43,337 bases of DNA. Origin: a bacterium. Lineage in GTDB: Bacteria > Zhuqueibacterota > Zhuqueibacteria > Zhuqueibacterales > Zhuqueibacteraceae. The translations under genes were made by a program, and so were the position numbers. Numbering within the stretch: position 1 is the stretch's first letter; each line of letters opens with the position of its first letter. Under the pieces are notes generated by a model. It was given only the letters and a program-made list of their open reading frames with translations. It did no database searches and was not told the origin of the DNA. This document shows positions 15,618 through 26,165 of the stretch, in pieces. The DNA is taken from positions 1 through 43,337 of the forward strand of contig JBIOXB010000070.1 of assembly GCA_044869275.1 (NCBI GenBank), read 5' to 3'.

Positions 15618-18368
15618 TCAAAACGCCGCTGCCCGAAACACGGCATTGAACAAGAACTTGTAACCCGCGCGAAATTGCGCACGGAACTGTGGGCGGCAGC
15701 CGAACAAAATAATGCGGCCTTTGCCATATGTTGCTTCCACCAGGGCCGCGTGCTGGGCCAAATTCTTCTCACCCTCCAGCCATCCCGACAGCAGGAGGCC
15801 GGCACTCGGATAAGTCAGCACTGCGCGTCCCTGCTGCACGCGAAACGCCGGGCTCTCCAGAAAAAAAATCGCCTCGTCATGTTGCGCGCCCCATGCCAGC
15901 GGATGGGAGAGGTCGGCCTGTACGCGCAGAACTGCGCCAGGCGCGCTGAATTGGTGGCGCGGCACATTTGCCGTAACTTCTTCCAGTTTGAGCTGAAAAT
16001 GTTTGATCGCGAACTCGCTGGCCGCATTCAATGCGATCAACGTTCCTCCGGTTTCGACGAAGCGGCGCAGGCTGGCAATGCCGCTTTCACCGATGCCGCC
16101 GGCAAAGGGCGCGGGCATGTCCTGGGCGGAGTAGCCGTTGACAATGCCGGTCGCATTTTGATCGGGAAAGATAAGGACATCATAAGAATTTCGCAAGCTT
16201 TCTAATTGCAGGTGATCATTCGTCAACGCCTGAAATTCAAAATCGTATTCCTCCAAAACCCAGCGCGTCCAGCCCTCGTCCATGTTCGCCATCCAGCTTT
16301 TGTACACGCCCAAGCGTGGCTTCTGCACGCGATACGGCGCCGCGCCGGGTGGCGTGCTTTTGAGCCCGTGCAAAGCAATGACGCCGGGGTTGCCGTGCAC
16401 ACTCGTGGTCAGCTCGCCACGGTGCAACATTGCTTTGAGTTTGCTGGTGTGCTTTCCTCCTTCAATCAAAAAAGTGCCGGCCGGCCAAAGGCTATCGCCG
16501 TCGGTAAACTCCTGCTGCGCGCTGGTGACACGAAAGCCCTGACGCAACAAGGCGTTGACCGCGCGGTAAGCAGCCGTATTGCTGCGCGGCAGTGCGAAAA
16601 CTTTGGCACCGGTTTCGCCGGTGATAATCGAGGGCATTGCCACCTCTGCGAGCAATTCGAGCGTGACGGGTGGCAACTCTTCCACGGAAAAAATCTCAAC
16701 GCCCAGAAACAACGGCAATGTATGTGCAGTCACGTCATAAGGAATGCGCGGCTTGGCATCGGGACCTGGAATTTTGGGATACTCTTGTTTCTCCAATATG
16801 GCTTTGGCAAAAGCGCTGTAAGGCTGATCCAGCCGAACGACCCAGTCTCCGGCGCGCAGTGTATGCCCGTTGTCGGCAAAGGTGTCTTGGACGCGATGAA
16901 TCTCGACCATTCCCATATGCAGCGTGTGCAGCAGATCCAGCACGGCCTGGGGATTTCTTTGGCGCATCGGAATGATGAATGCCGCCGGTTTCTTGGGGCC
17001 AGTGACGGCGCGGCGCTGCACCTCATGCAAGCTGCGCAACCAAAACTCACGCTGGCGTGCCGCGTGCGTTAGGATCGACTTGACGGCGGCAAAATCATAT
17101 TCTACGATATCGCGCAGTTTCCACTCCCCCCCGGGCCAAGGCAGGGGAAAATTCCAAGACGCAGTGCGTGCCTCGTAATTGATGCCTCCGCGCAAGTCTT
17201 TCGCGGCGATATTCACGGGCGAGGCGTAGTCTGCGCTCGCCGCTTCGGTGAGAAAGCGCAATCCGCCGTGATAGTGCGGGTAGGAGCGTGCCGGCGTCCA
17301 GGCGTCGAAAATGGCGTTGCTCACCACGCCGGCTTTGCCCTGCGCGGTTAACGTGGCCTGCACATGCGCGCCGAGCATGTTGAGCGAACTCACAATGATG
17401 GGATCGATGTTCGGCTCGTAAGGATCGACGTACGGCGGCACAAAAAGCCGGGCGCCGTTGCGGCCCATTTGATGCATGTCCACCGTGATGTGCGGCCGCC
17501 AGGCATTGTACAGCTTCTCCACCGTCAAACGCGTTTCCTTTTGCGTGAACATGAACCAGTCGCGGTTATTGTCATGTCCCGAGTATTTGTGATAAAGCCA
17601 CGGCAAGGGCGCTCTTTCGAAAGCCGTACCCACTTGCTGGCGATACCAATCGACGACCAGCAACTGGCCATCGGGATTTTGGGAAGGCACCAAAACGGTG
17701 AGGACTTGATTGAGAATTTCGCGCACCTCTTGCTCCTGGCTGGCAGCCAGATAATATGCCAGCGCTGGCGCCATTTGTGTCGCTCCGACTTCGGTGGAGT
17801 GCAGCGAGCAGTTGATCAAAACGACCGCGCGGCCGCGCTGCAGCAATTCTTCACTTTCGCCCTCTGCTAAAAGGCGAGGATCAGCCAGGCGCGCTTGTAC
17901 ATTTTTCCATTCTTCCAATCTCGCCAAATTCTCCGGCGAGCTGATGAAAGCGGCGTAAAAATCATTGCCCTCCGTGGTCTTGCCGAGATTTTGCAGTTCG
18001 ACTTTTTCAGAGGCCGCGTCCAAAGCTTTCAAATACTCGATGATTTGGTGATAATCCGCAAGCTTCCTATCGTCGCCGGGGGTGTAACCGAAAACCGAGG
18101 CGGGGCTGGGCAGATCACTTGCTGCGGTCGAGTCGCGAGGAATTTCCTGCCGCAGCAGTGGAATGGGCGTGGCTGTGGCAGGTGCCACCAAGCCTGCGCT
18201 GAACAGCACAACCACGACCATCGCACCACAGAAAGCAATGCGGCGCGGTAAGAGAGGTCTTTTGCCATGCTGCCTGCGCAGGCGGGCCTCTGGAGATTGC
18301 CGGATGGCATGGATTCCTCTTGCCTTACGCGGGACGGGAGGAACTCGAAGGAGCAGAAGCTTTAGCAT
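15618..18368 (-). CDS. Secreted M14-family zinc carboxypeptidase with C-terminal class I GATase-like domain
   Basis: HSTE (HxxE), NPDG, DNNRD and DMHQMG motifs; MDEGWTRW C-terminal domain. Start uncertain (18368 or 18221). Confidence 0.88.
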   Translation of the reverse strand: MLKLLLLRVPPVPRKARGIHAIRQSPEARLRRQHGKRPLLPRRIAFCGAMVVVVLFSAGLVAPATATPIPLLRQEIPRDSTAASDLPSPASVFGYTPGDDRKLADYHQIIEYLKALDAASEKVELQNLGKTTEGNDFYAAFISSPENLARLEEWKNVQARLADPRLLAEGESEELLQRGRAVVLINCSLHSTEVGATQMAPALAYYLAASQEQEVREILNQVLTVLVPSQNPDGQLLVVDWYRQQVGTAFERAPLPWLYHKYSGHDNNRDWFMFTQKETRLTVEKLYNAWRPHITVDMHQMGRNGARLFVPPYVDPYEPNIDPIIVSSLNMLGAHVQATLTAQGKAGVVSNAIFDAWTPARSYPHYHGGLRFLTEAASADYASPVNIAAKDLRGGINYEARTASWNFPLPWPGGEWKLRDIVEYDFAAVKSILTHAARQREFWLRSLHEVQRRAVTGPKKPAAFIIPMRQRNPQAVLDLLHTLHMGMVEIHRVQDTFADNGHTLRAGDWVVRLDQPYSAFAKAILEKQEYPKIPGPDAKPRIPYDVTAHTLPLFLGVEIFSVEELPPVTLELLAEVAMPSIITGETGAKVFALPRSNTAAYRAVNALLRQGFRVTSAQQEFTDGDSLWPAGTFLIEGGKHTSKLKAMLHRGELTTSVHGNPGVIALHGLKSTPPGAAPYRVQKPRLGVYKSWMANMDEGWTRWVLEEYDFEFQALTNDHLQLESLRNSYDVLIFPDQNATGIVNGYSAQDMPAPFAGGIGESGIASLRRFVETGGTLIALNAASEFAIKHFQLKLEEVTANVPRHQFSAPGAVLRVQADLSHPLAWGAQHDEAIFFLESPAFRVQQGRAVLTYPSAGLLLSGWLEGEKNLAQHAALVEATYGKGRIILFGCRPQFRAQFRAGYKFLFNAVFRAAAF

Positions 18369-18394
18369 TAAAGCATGCAATTTGTGAGAATGAA

Positions 18395-20140
18395 TTAGTA
18401 CCGCCAACTCGTCGTATCCGCTCCTGGGGGCGCGGTTCGTAGCAGGCGTTCCACAATCTTTGGCACATACATCTGGTTGTAGCGCAAACGAGAAGTCGCA
18501 TTCGGCCGGGAGTGGTCGCCGTTCCAGCAATGCTCGGCGCGGTCGCCGTAATCCACTTCGCCGGCATAATAGGGATCCTTGGTGTTTTCCAAAATCTCTT
18601 CGATCAAATACACGGCGTTGTTGAGATAATAATTGTCCATGTCGCCGCAATACACGCGAATCTTGCCTTCGAGCTGAGTGCCGATCTTGGCCCAATCGCG
18701 TTTAAGAATGTAGCTCAAATCGTAGTGCTCACGCCAATGTTCCGCAACTTTGTGATCGATTTCACCGGTCTTTTTGTCCCAAATCGGCTGAGGATAGCCG
18801 TCCGCGTCCACGGGTGAATACACCGCTTCCCAAATATCCCATTGCTGGCCGGAGCGGCTCTTCGTACCCAAGACCAGCTCGAGATGATTAACCTGTTCGA
18901 GCGTAGTGCTCACTTCGCCGAGATAATTGCGCTTGCCCGGGCGCGGCACTTTTTTGAACGGGCCGTCGGTAGAATAGGCATTTTTGTGCTCATAAATATT
19001 GACAATGGTATAAGCGCGAAAATCCACGGGATCGGGACACGCCGCAAAGCAGCCATTGTATGCGGTGGGATAAAAAACTTGCGCGGCGAGCGCTTCCCAG
19101 CCGCCGGTGGAACCACCGTATAGAAAGCGCGCCCAGCCCGCGCCGAGGCCGCGAAATTGTCTTTCGATGAGGGGGATCAATTCATACGTAATCGCATCGC
19201 CATACGGGCCGAGATTCGCCGAGTTCACGGCATATGAATCATCGTAATAGGGATTGGCATGCTGAATTTCGATGATCACGAAACGTGGAAAATCCGGGCC
19301 GGCCCATTCTTTATAGAATTGATATGCATGTTCCTGCACGATTTTGTTGTAGCCGTGCAAACGGAAACGTTCGCTGTAATCAGGCTTGAGATTGGAATCC
19401 GGCGGCGTCTCGCGAAAGCCGCCAAACGTCTGCGGAAAATGCCCGTGAAAAATCATCAGCGGATAGCGCGCTTGTGGATGCGTCTCAAACCCTTCCGGCA
19501 GCAGCACGCACGCCCCCAGGTACATGGGCCGGCCCCAAAATTTCGTGAGTAAATCGCTCTGCATCTTGACATGCTTGATGTACTTGGTATCCTGAGGTGG
19601 TGCAATCGGCGGAATTTCCTGATCCAGCACGATTTTGATCGTTTGGCTCTGGCGCGGATCAATCCAGATTTTCCTGGGCGTACTGTAGAGATTGCCCGGC
19701 GCACGGTTCCATTGCTGCCCTTCTCCCCTGTCCATCGGCAATTTGACCACGTGCCCGTCGGCGCGGTGAAAAGTTTCGTAGCGGTGCAACAGCCCCTGCA
19801 CCCAATAATAGCCTGGTGGAATTTCGGCAATGCTTTTCAACGGATAGCCGAAAACTGTACCATCAAACTCTACCGGCCGCGCCGGCTTAAGGCCATCAAC
19901 ATTCAAGCCAAAAATCTGCTGCGTGCTGGGATCGTCGCTGATTTGAAAACGCGGCTCCTTCGTGCTGTCGGCGGAAAACATGAGCAATAGGCGCCCGTCG
20001 AGAGCGACTTTGCTTTTGGATTCGGGAAACGAAAGCGCAAAACGAAGCACGCTCGGGGCTTGGTCTGCCAGTGCACGCCCAAAACCTGGGAGAACGGAAA
20101 GAAACAAAACGAGTAGAGTCGCCATGCTCTTCCTTTCCAT
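18395..20140 (-). CDS. Secreted putative esterase (alpha/beta hydrolase)
   Basis: Signal peptide, GGSTGG nucleophile elbow, DSYAVNSANLGPY, GDMDNY and EHCW acid/His motifs. Start 20140 or 20125. Confidence 0.82.
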   Translation of the reverse strand: MERKSMATLLVLFLSVLPGFGRALADQAPSVLRFALSFPESKSKVALDGRLLLMFSADSTKEPRFQISDDPSTQQIFGLNVDGLKPARPVEFDGTVFGYPLKSIAEIPPGYYWVQGLLHRYETFHRADGHVVKLPMDRGEGQQWNRAPGNLYSTPRKIWIDPRQSQTIKIVLDQEIPPIAPPQDTKYIKHVKMQSDLLTKFWGRPMYLGACVLLPEGFETHPQARYPLMIFHGHFPQTFGGFRETPPDSNLKPDYSERFRLHGYNKIVQEHAYQFYKEWAGPDFPRFVIIEIQHANPYYDDSYAVNSANLGPYGDAITYELIPLIERQFRGLGAGWARFLYGGSTGGWEALAAQVFYPTAYNGCFAACPDPVDFRAYTIVNIYEHKNAYSTDGPFKKVPRPGKRNYLGEVSTTLEQVNHLELVLGTKSRSGQQWDIWEAVYSPVDADGYPQPIWDKKTGEIDHKVAEHWREHYDLSYILKRDWAKIGTQLEGKIRVYCGDMDNYYLNNAVYLIEEILENTKDPYYAGEVDYGDRAEHCWNGDHSRPNATSRLRYNQMYVPKIVERLLRTAPPGADTTSWRY

Positions 20141-20194
20141 GAGAGTTCGATTTCCGTCATAATGAGCAAATGTCATTTGGCAATTCGTATTTGA

Positions 20195-21094
20195 TCACGG
20201 CGACAAGCCCGGCTCGTAGGTCAAAATAAATTCCAGGAATTTTGAGACCTCGATCATGTCTTTGCCCACGAACTTGATGCTGTGTGCATCCGTGCGCTCG
20301 ACGATGGAGAGATAACTCAAGACTTCGGAAGGTCGATAATTTTTGAAACGAACTTCCGCCTGTACCGGGGCTTTGACTTTGTAAGGTTTGAGTTCCTTCA
20401 GGCGGGCAATGGCTTTCGCCACTTTCTCGCGAATCAAATCGCAAGCCGCCTCGGGCGTCAGCGTGCGAGCGGAATGAAAGCCGTAAGCCTGTTTCACTTC
20501 CGCGGTCTCTATCTGGCCCAGCAGCGCCGTCGCTTCTTTACAAATGGCGTCGTCGCCGGAAATCATCATCACCGGAACGTTGAAGTGTCCGGCAATCGCG
20601 GCGTTGAAGCCGGCTTCCGGAACCGAAATCCCGTTCAAGCGCAGGTCCGCAAGATTCGCGCTCGACATTGTATGCGCGCGCACGCCTTCGGGATTGGTCG
20701 TGCCGCTGTGGTAGCCGATGAATATCACGCCGTCGAAAGTGGCATCGAGGCCTTGCATCATCATCAATGGCCGCGGCCACGAGCGCACAATCGTGACATT
20801 CTTCGGAAGCTTTTCAATCAAGAGATTTTGCCCATTGCCGTGCGAATCGCTCACCAGAATTTCGGTGGCGCCCGCTTGGAACGCCGCCGCAATGGCGCTA
20901 TTCACCTCCTGTGTCATAAATTCGCGAAAGCGCTCATACTCGAAACCAGTCGGGCCAAGCTGCTCCCCGGTCACGGCACCGGCGAGGCCTTCCATGTCGG
21001 CTGAAATGTAGATCTTCAGTTTTTGTTGCGCGTGAATGGCATGCGAAAAACAGCACAGGCTGATGACGATCGTGCCCACTGCTTTGCGAATCAT
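20195..21094 (-). CDS. dppA: M55-family D-aminopeptidase (DppA-like) with signal peptide
   Basis: ISADMEG, DSHG, IGYH, AHT and SGDD motifs. ATGA overlap with the upstream gene. Confidence 0.9.
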   Translation of the reverse strand: MIRKAVGTIVISLCCFSHAIHAQQKLKIYISADMEGLAGAVTGEQLGPTGFEYERFREFMTQEVNSAIAAAFQAGATEILVSDSHGNGQNLLIEKLPKNVTIVRSWPRPLMMMQGLDATFDGVIFIGYHSGTTNPEGVRAHTMSSANLADLRLNGISVPEAGFNAAIAGHFNVPVMMISGDDAICKEATALLGQIETAEVKQAYGFHSARTLTPEAACDLIREKVAKAIARLKELKPYKVKAPVQAEVRFKNYRPSEVLSYLSIVERTDAHSIKFVGKDMIEVSKFLEFILTYEPGLSP

Positions 21095-21648
21095 CCTTCC
21101 TCCTCTTGCCAGAAATTGGGATAGCGCGTGACGAAGCCGGCGGCGTTGACTTGAAGTGCAGTGACAAACCTGCCGCCTGCGCTCTCGTAGCGATACGATG
21201 TGCTGTCTATGCGGCGGTAAGTCTGCGCCAACGGCTCGAGTTTGAAACTCGGGAAACGAAGCCACGCGGCCTGCACTTTTGCCTCCTGCCCCGCTGCCAA
21301 ACGCAAACGGCGAATCGGCAGCAGATTGGTGGACGGGCTGAAGTTCAGATCGAGATCGAGGCTGCCCGCAGCCTCAACGCATTCATTTCCATTGCACCAC
21401 CAGCGCCGCGTAGAATCAACTGAAAGCTCGATCTCAACCATTTCATTTCCCACCCAGCCTGAAACCTTGCCAGATAGCGTTTGCCATGCAGCATCACAAA
21501 CGAGCAGATAATCCAACCGGCAAGGCTGCTGCTCATGTGCAAATACCGCCGTGCCGGCGAGATGCCAGTGGGGAGGTTGAAAAAATATTCGCGCCGACTC
21601 GTGACCCGGCCGGTCGAGGCGGCGCCAGAGAATGGATGAGGCTTCCAC
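21091..21648 (-). CDS. Putative glycolipid-binding-domain protein
   Basis: WRRLD.PG.E, DLDLNFSPSTNLLPIRRL and Q.Y.R motifs. AAGGAG Shine-Dalgarno before GTG. Confidence 0.85.
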   Translation of the reverse strand: MEASSILWRRLDRPGHESARIFFQPPHWHLAGTAVFAHEQQPCRLDYLLVCDAAWQTLSGKVSGWVGNEMVEIELSVDSTRRWWCNGNECVEAAGSLDLDLNFSPSTNLLPIRRLRLAAGQEAKVQAAWLRFPSFKLEPLAQTYRRIDSTSYRYESAGGRFVTALQVNAAGFVTRYPNFWQEEEG

Positions 21649-21670
21649 TTTCTTCTCCTTGCCCTGCTTT

Positions 21671-24196
21671 TCAGCGATAAAAAATTGGATACTTCTTTGG
21701 ATCGACCTCATGCATTAGATCATAAACGGCCTCAAAAATCGTCTCGACATTTGGCTTGGACCAATAGTCGCCATCCGAGCCGTAAGCCGGGCGATGCGGT
21801 TTGCCGGGTAGTGTGCGCGGTGCGGAGTCCAGCCAGTGATAGCCGTTTTGCCTTTCCATGACTTCTTGCAACATGTAAGCGGTCGTGCCGCCGGGAACAT
21901 CCTCATCAACAAAAACGATGCGGCTGGTTTTCTTGAGAGATGCAACAATAACACCGTGCACATCAAAAGGCAGCAAAGATTGCACATCGATCACTTCGGC
22001 CTCGATATTCACGCGACGCAACAGCGCGGCAGCCTCCAGCACGAGACGGCAACACGCACCATAGGTCACGATGGTGACCTCGCTGCCGGTGCGCAGCACT
22101 TCGGGAACGCCGAGAGGAACAGTGCATTCTCCGATGTTTTCGGGCAACTTTTCCTTGAGCCGATAACCGTTCAGAACTTCAATCACCACCGCCGGATCTT
22201 CCGCCCGCAAAAGGGTGTTGTAAAAACCGGCGGCCTGAGTCATGTTGCGGGGCACCAACACGTGCATCCCGCGCACGAGATGAATGAGCCCGGCCAGCAA
22301 CGAACCGGAGTGCCAAATGCCTTCGAGGCGGTGTCCACGCGTGCGCACGACCACCGGCGCTTTCTGACCGCCTTTGGTGCGCCAGTGCAAAGTGGCAAGG
22401 TCATCGGACATGATCTGCAGCGCGTAAAGAATGTAATCGAGATACTGAATCTCGGCGATCGGCCGGAGGCCGCGCATGGCCATGCCGATGGCCTGCCCGA
22501 TGATCGTGCACTCGCGAATGCCGGTGTCGGAAACGCGCAGCTCGCCGTATTTTTCCTGCAGGCCTTTGAAGCCTTGATTCACATCGCCCAGCTTGCCGAC
22601 ATCTTCGCCGAAGGCGATCACGCGCGGATCGCGGGCCAAAGCTGCATCAAAACAGGCGTTCAAAACCTCAAAGCCGTTCACAGATAGAGAGGTCTCAGAA
22701 TAAGCCGGCTCGATCTGCTTGATACTCAACGCCGAATTCGCACCGGAGCTGTACAAATGCGAGCTGTAGCGATCCTCATTGACCGGGTCTTGGTTTTTTT
22801 TCCAGGCAATCAGCTTCTGCCGCGGCGAGGAATGCTCGGCGCGCGTCAGCAACAGCACTTCGCGGATCGCGAGCATGAGGTCGCGGCGCAGGGGATTGGC
22901 GAGCTCGAGCAGCGCGGCATTTATTTTTTTCAATTCCGCCTGGTGTGCCGAGGCCGGAGCCATCTCTGCAATGATACTCGCCACTTCAGCGCGCTCCGCC
23001 CGAATCGGCGCGAGATAGGCTCGCCAGGCACGATCGCGAGTGTCCACCACCAACTTCAGGTCTTCCTTTTCCCAGCGGGCGACTTCTTCTGCCGTTGCCA
23101 CACCTTGCGCGATTATCCATTCGCGCATCTTTTTGAGGCCGTCAAACTCTTCCTCCCAATGCAAGCGTGCTTTGGGTTTGTAGCGCTCGTGACTGCCGGA
23201 AGTGGAGTGGCCCTGCGGTTGCGTCACTTCGGTCACGTGAATGATCGCGGGCACATGCCCCTGGCGCACGCGAGCTGCGGCCTTCACGTAGGTTTCCACC
23301 AGCGCCGGATAATCCCAGGCGCGAACGGTGTAAAGATCAAAACCGCCACGCGCGCCGGGCTGGCGTTGAAAACCTTGGAGCAATTCGGAGATGTTTTCTT
23401 TGGTGATCTGCTGCTCGTTGTGCACGGAAATGCCGTAGCTGTCGTCCCAAATTGAAATGATCGCGGGCGCATGCAATACGCCGATGGCATTGAGTGCTTC
23501 CCAAAACATGCCTTCGGCGCAGGTGGCGTTGCCGACCGTGCCAAAGGCAATCTCCTCGCCCTGGTGCGAGAATTGGGTGAATTCCTTCAACTCCTGCAAT
23601 TCGCGATAGAGGCGCGAGGCATAAGCCAGGCCCACGAGCCGCGGCATTTGCGAACCGGTGGGCGAAACGTCCGCAGCAACGTTGTTGATCTCCATCAGGT
23701 TTTTCCAGGAGCCCTCGGGGTTCAAACTGCGCGTGGCAAAATGCGCGTTCATGGCGCGTCCAGCCGTGGCAGGCTCGGCTTCGACATCCGCATGCGCGTA
23801 CAACTGCGCAAAGTATTCTGCCACTGTCATAATGCCGAGTGCGAAGATGAACGTCTGATCGCGATAATAGCCCGAACGGAAATCGCCTTTGCGGAAGGCT
23901 CTGGCCATGGCGAGCTGGGGCACTTCTTTGCCATCCCCAAAGATGCCGAATTTGGCCTTGCCGCCCATCACTTCTTTGCGGCCAATCAGGCTCACTTGCC
24001 GGCTTTGATAGGCGAGGCGATAATCGTGAATGATGTCTTCGGCGCTGAGCCGTATGGCAGGGCGGGGCATTTTCTTTCCATCTAAAGCACTCGCCGCGGA
24101 GGTGGCGTGATGATTGGATTCTGGTCGCTGGCGTTGCCCAACCTTGGCATGCCGGGATTTTTTGGCGCTATGCTTCGATCCGGTGGAATGTTTCAT
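21671..24196 (-). CDS. Fused alpha/beta E1 subunit of a 2-oxoacid (probably branched-chain) dehydrogenase
   Basis: GKAKFGIFGDGKE, YYRDQT, GHSTS, FGEDVG, DTGIRE, EIQYLDY and a transketolase C-terminal domain. Confidence 0.93.
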   Translation of the reverse strand: MKHSTGSKHSAKKSRHAKVGQRQRPESNHHATSAASALDGKKMPRPAIRLSAEDIIHDYRLAYQSRQVSLIGRKEVMGGKAKFGIFGDGKEVPQLAMARAFRKGDFRSGYYRDQTFIFALGIMTVAEYFAQLYAHADVEAEPATAGRAMNAHFATRSLNPEGSWKNLMEINNVAADVSPTGSQMPRLVGLAYASRLYRELQELKEFTQFSHQGEEIAFGTVGNATCAEGMFWEALNAIGVLHAPAIISIWDDSYGISVHNEQQITKENISELLQGFQRQPGARGGFDLYTVRAWDYPALVETYVKAAARVRQGHVPAIIHVTEVTQPQGHSTSGSHERYKPKARLHWEEEFDGLKKMREWIIAQGVATAEEVARWEKEDLKLVVDTRDRAWRAYLAPIRAERAEVASIIAEMAPASAHQAELKKINAALLELANPLRRDLMLAIREVLLLTRAEHSSPRQKLIAWKKNQDPVNEDRYSSHLYSSGANSALSIKQIEPAYSETSLSVNGFEVLNACFDAALARDPRVIAFGEDVGKLGDVNQGFKGLQEKYGELRVSDTGIRECTIIGQAIGMAMRGLRPIAEIQYLDYILYALQIMSDDLATLHWRTKGGQKAPVVVRTRGHRLEGIWHSGSLLAGLIHLVRGMHVLVPRNMTQAAGFYNTLLRAEDPAVVIEVLNGYRLKEKLPENIGECTVPLGVPEVLRTGSEVTIVTYGACCRLVLEAAALLRRVNIEAEVIDVQSLLPFDVHGVIVASLKKTSRIVFVDEDVPGGTTAYMLQEVMERQNGYHWLDSAPRTLPGKPHRPAYGSDGDYWSKPNVETIFEAVYDLMHEVDPKKYPIFYR

Positions 24197-25763
24197 GCGT
24201 GTGCGCGAGGGTATGCGTTCGAAACATGATCCCGACTAAAAAGGTCACGATCGCGCCGAACATGATATGCCAGGTGAAGGCGATTTGCGGCACCGGCAAG
24301 GCCGGAGCGCCCAACCAACCCAAAACACGATTGGCGAGCCCGCTCAAAACCAAAACCGTGAGAAAGCCGCAAACCATTGCAATCAAATTGCCGCGATCGT
24401 TGCCCCGCGTGCGGGTGAGCATGCCGATGAGGAATATGCCGAGCAACGAGCCGTAGGTGTAGCTGATGATGCCCAGCGCAATCGGAATGATCGTCAAAGC
24501 GGGATTATGCAAGACGGAATACGCGGCCAGCACGGCGACGGCGATCATCAAAATCGCAAAAACCAAAGTGAAAACTCTTGCCATGCTCACGTCATGCCTC
24601 TCGTCCCCCCGCCGGCGCAAGTACGGCGCGTAAAAATCTTTAACAAAACTGGTAGCCAGCGCATTGAGCGCGGCACTGAGCGAACCCATGGCCGTGGCAA
24701 ACACGCCGGCAATGATCAGCCCGCGCAAGCCCACCGGCATCTTGGTCACGATAAAATATGCAAAAATCTCATTGTGCGCCGCGGGCAAATGGGCATCGGG
24801 AACGAGGCGGAAGTAAGCATATAAAAAAATACCGATGGTCACAAATGCCAGCGCAATGGGCACATCCGCAATGCCCGACAGCACCAGCGAAAACCGGCTA
24901 CGCTTGTAGTCCGTAGCGGTGAGCATGCGCTGCACCATGTCCTGATCCGTGCCGTGCGTGGCCATGGTCAAAAACACGTAGCCCGTGAACGCGGCCCAGA
25001 TGGTGTATTCCTGGCGAAAGATGCCGAGCACCGCGTCATAAAGCGTGGCTTCGCCGCGCAGGCCGGTATCAAAAACTTTGAAGTTGGCAAAATTGTGCGT
25101 GCCGAGCTTGATGCCTTCCCAGCCGCCCGGCGTCAGGTGCACGATCGCGAACAACGAGGCCAGCGCGCCGCCGAACATGATGCCGGCCTGAATCAAATCC
25201 GTCCAAATCACGGCTTTGATGCCGCCCAGCATGGTGTAGACCGCGGTCACCAGCGTCATGATCGTGATCGCGAGGGCGTATTGCGCCAACGTTGGTGAAG
25301 CGCCGGTAAGAAATTTCCAGGTCACGACCAAAACCACCGCGGCAATATAAACCCGCACGCCGCTGGCCAGCACCCGCGTCACCAGAAAAATGACGGCCCC
25401 GGCCAGCCGCGAGCCCGCACCGAAACGCTTTTGCAGAAATTCATAAACAGTATAAACGCGATATTGATAGTAAGGTTTGATGAACAGAAAAGCAATAATC
25501 AATCGCGCGAGAATCGTGCCGAACATCAACTGCACGTAAACGGCGTTCTGCAAGCGATAGCCTTCCGCGGGGACGCCGAGAAAAGTGGCCGCGCTGGTTT
25601 CCGCGGCGATGATCGAAGCGAGCACTGCCCACCACGGAATTTTGCGGCCGCCCAGCGCGAAATCCTCCATGCTCTCTTCTTTCCGCCCCATGTACAAGCC
25701 CAGGCCGGTGATGGCGACGAAATACCCGCCAATGATGAGGGCATCCCAGATCAGGCTCGGCAA
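24168..25763 (-). CDS. Sodium:solute symporter (SSS) family transporter
   Basis: SIIAAETSAATFLGVP, GGIKAVIWTD, GTDQDMVQR and AMGSLSAALN motifs. AAGGAG Shine-Dalgarno before TTG 25763. Confidence 0.92.
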   Translation of the reverse strand: MPSLIWDALIIGGYFVAITGLGLYMGRKEESMEDFALGGRKIPWWAVLASIIAAETSAATFLGVPAEGYRLQNAVYVQLMFGTILARLIIAFLFIKPYYQYRVYTVYEFLQKRFGAGSRLAGAVIFLVTRVLASGVRVYIAAVVLVVTWKFLTGASPTLAQYALAITIMTLVTAVYTMLGGIKAVIWTDLIQAGIMFGGALASLFAIVHLTPGGWEGIKLGTHNFANFKVFDTGLRGEATLYDAVLGIFRQEYTIWAAFTGYVFLTMATHGTDQDMVQRMLTATDYKRSRFSLVLSGIADVPIALAFVTIGIFLYAYFRLVPDAHLPAAHNEIFAYFIVTKMPVGLRGLIIAGVFATAMGSLSAALNALATSFVKDFYAPYLRRRGDERHDVSMARVFTLVFAILMIAVAVLAAYSVLHNPALTIIPIALGIISYTYGSLLGIFLIGMLTRTRGNDRGNLIAMVCGFLTVLVLSGLANRVLGWLGAPALPVPQIAFTWHIMFGAIVTFLVGIMFRTHTLAHTHETFHRIEA

Positions 25764-25786
25764 AAGCGGCTCCTTTGGTTGAAAAA

Positions 25787-25835
25787 GCAAACAGCATGAA
25801 GCAAAAGGAAAAAAGCAAAAGGCAAAAGGCAAGAG
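25787..25835. repeat. 7-bp tandem repeat tract (7 x GCAAAAG-like)
   Basis: GCAAACA GCATGAA GCAAAAG GAAAAAA GCAAAAG GCAAAAG GCAAGAG. Confidence 0.7.
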
Positions 25836-25921
25836 ACACGGAATAAACTCTACACCATCCTGTCATTCTGAAATCCCGACGCTTCGGGATTCCCACGCGC
25901 CGGCACTTTACTCGATTCTAC

Positions 25922-26076
25922 TAACTTGACAATGTTAACTTAGCTGACCTCCCCGATTCATGTTATCCCGGAGGGATCTTTTTCCGCACTTGGCACTGTG
26001 CTTATGCTGAAAAAGATCTCGAAAGTTCGGGATGATAAAAGGTGGGTGAGCCACTCAACTTAACTTGGTCAAGCTA
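25922..26076. mobile_element. TA-ended MITE-like element carrying a REP-like hairpin, apparently inside another decayed REP (25861-26095)
   Basis: Imperfect TIRs TAACTTGACAATGTTAACTT and AACTTAACTTGGTCAAGCTA. Interior CATGTTATCCCG..GGATCT...GCACT...TTATGCTG..AGAT..GGGATGATA resembles 3127-3326 without the inner insert. Confidence 0.6.
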
Positions 26077-26165
26077 AGATTCTCTCAGAATCAAATTGAA
26101 GGCATACGCAATTATTGCCTCGACCAAGCACTGGTTATGAAGCAAGCAGGAAAAAGCTGCGGAAA

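Noticed and set aside
18369..18695. N-terminal extension making the M14 peptidase 1025 aa
   Set aside because: It overlaps the 3' end of the esterase gene in another frame and has non-protein-like composition.
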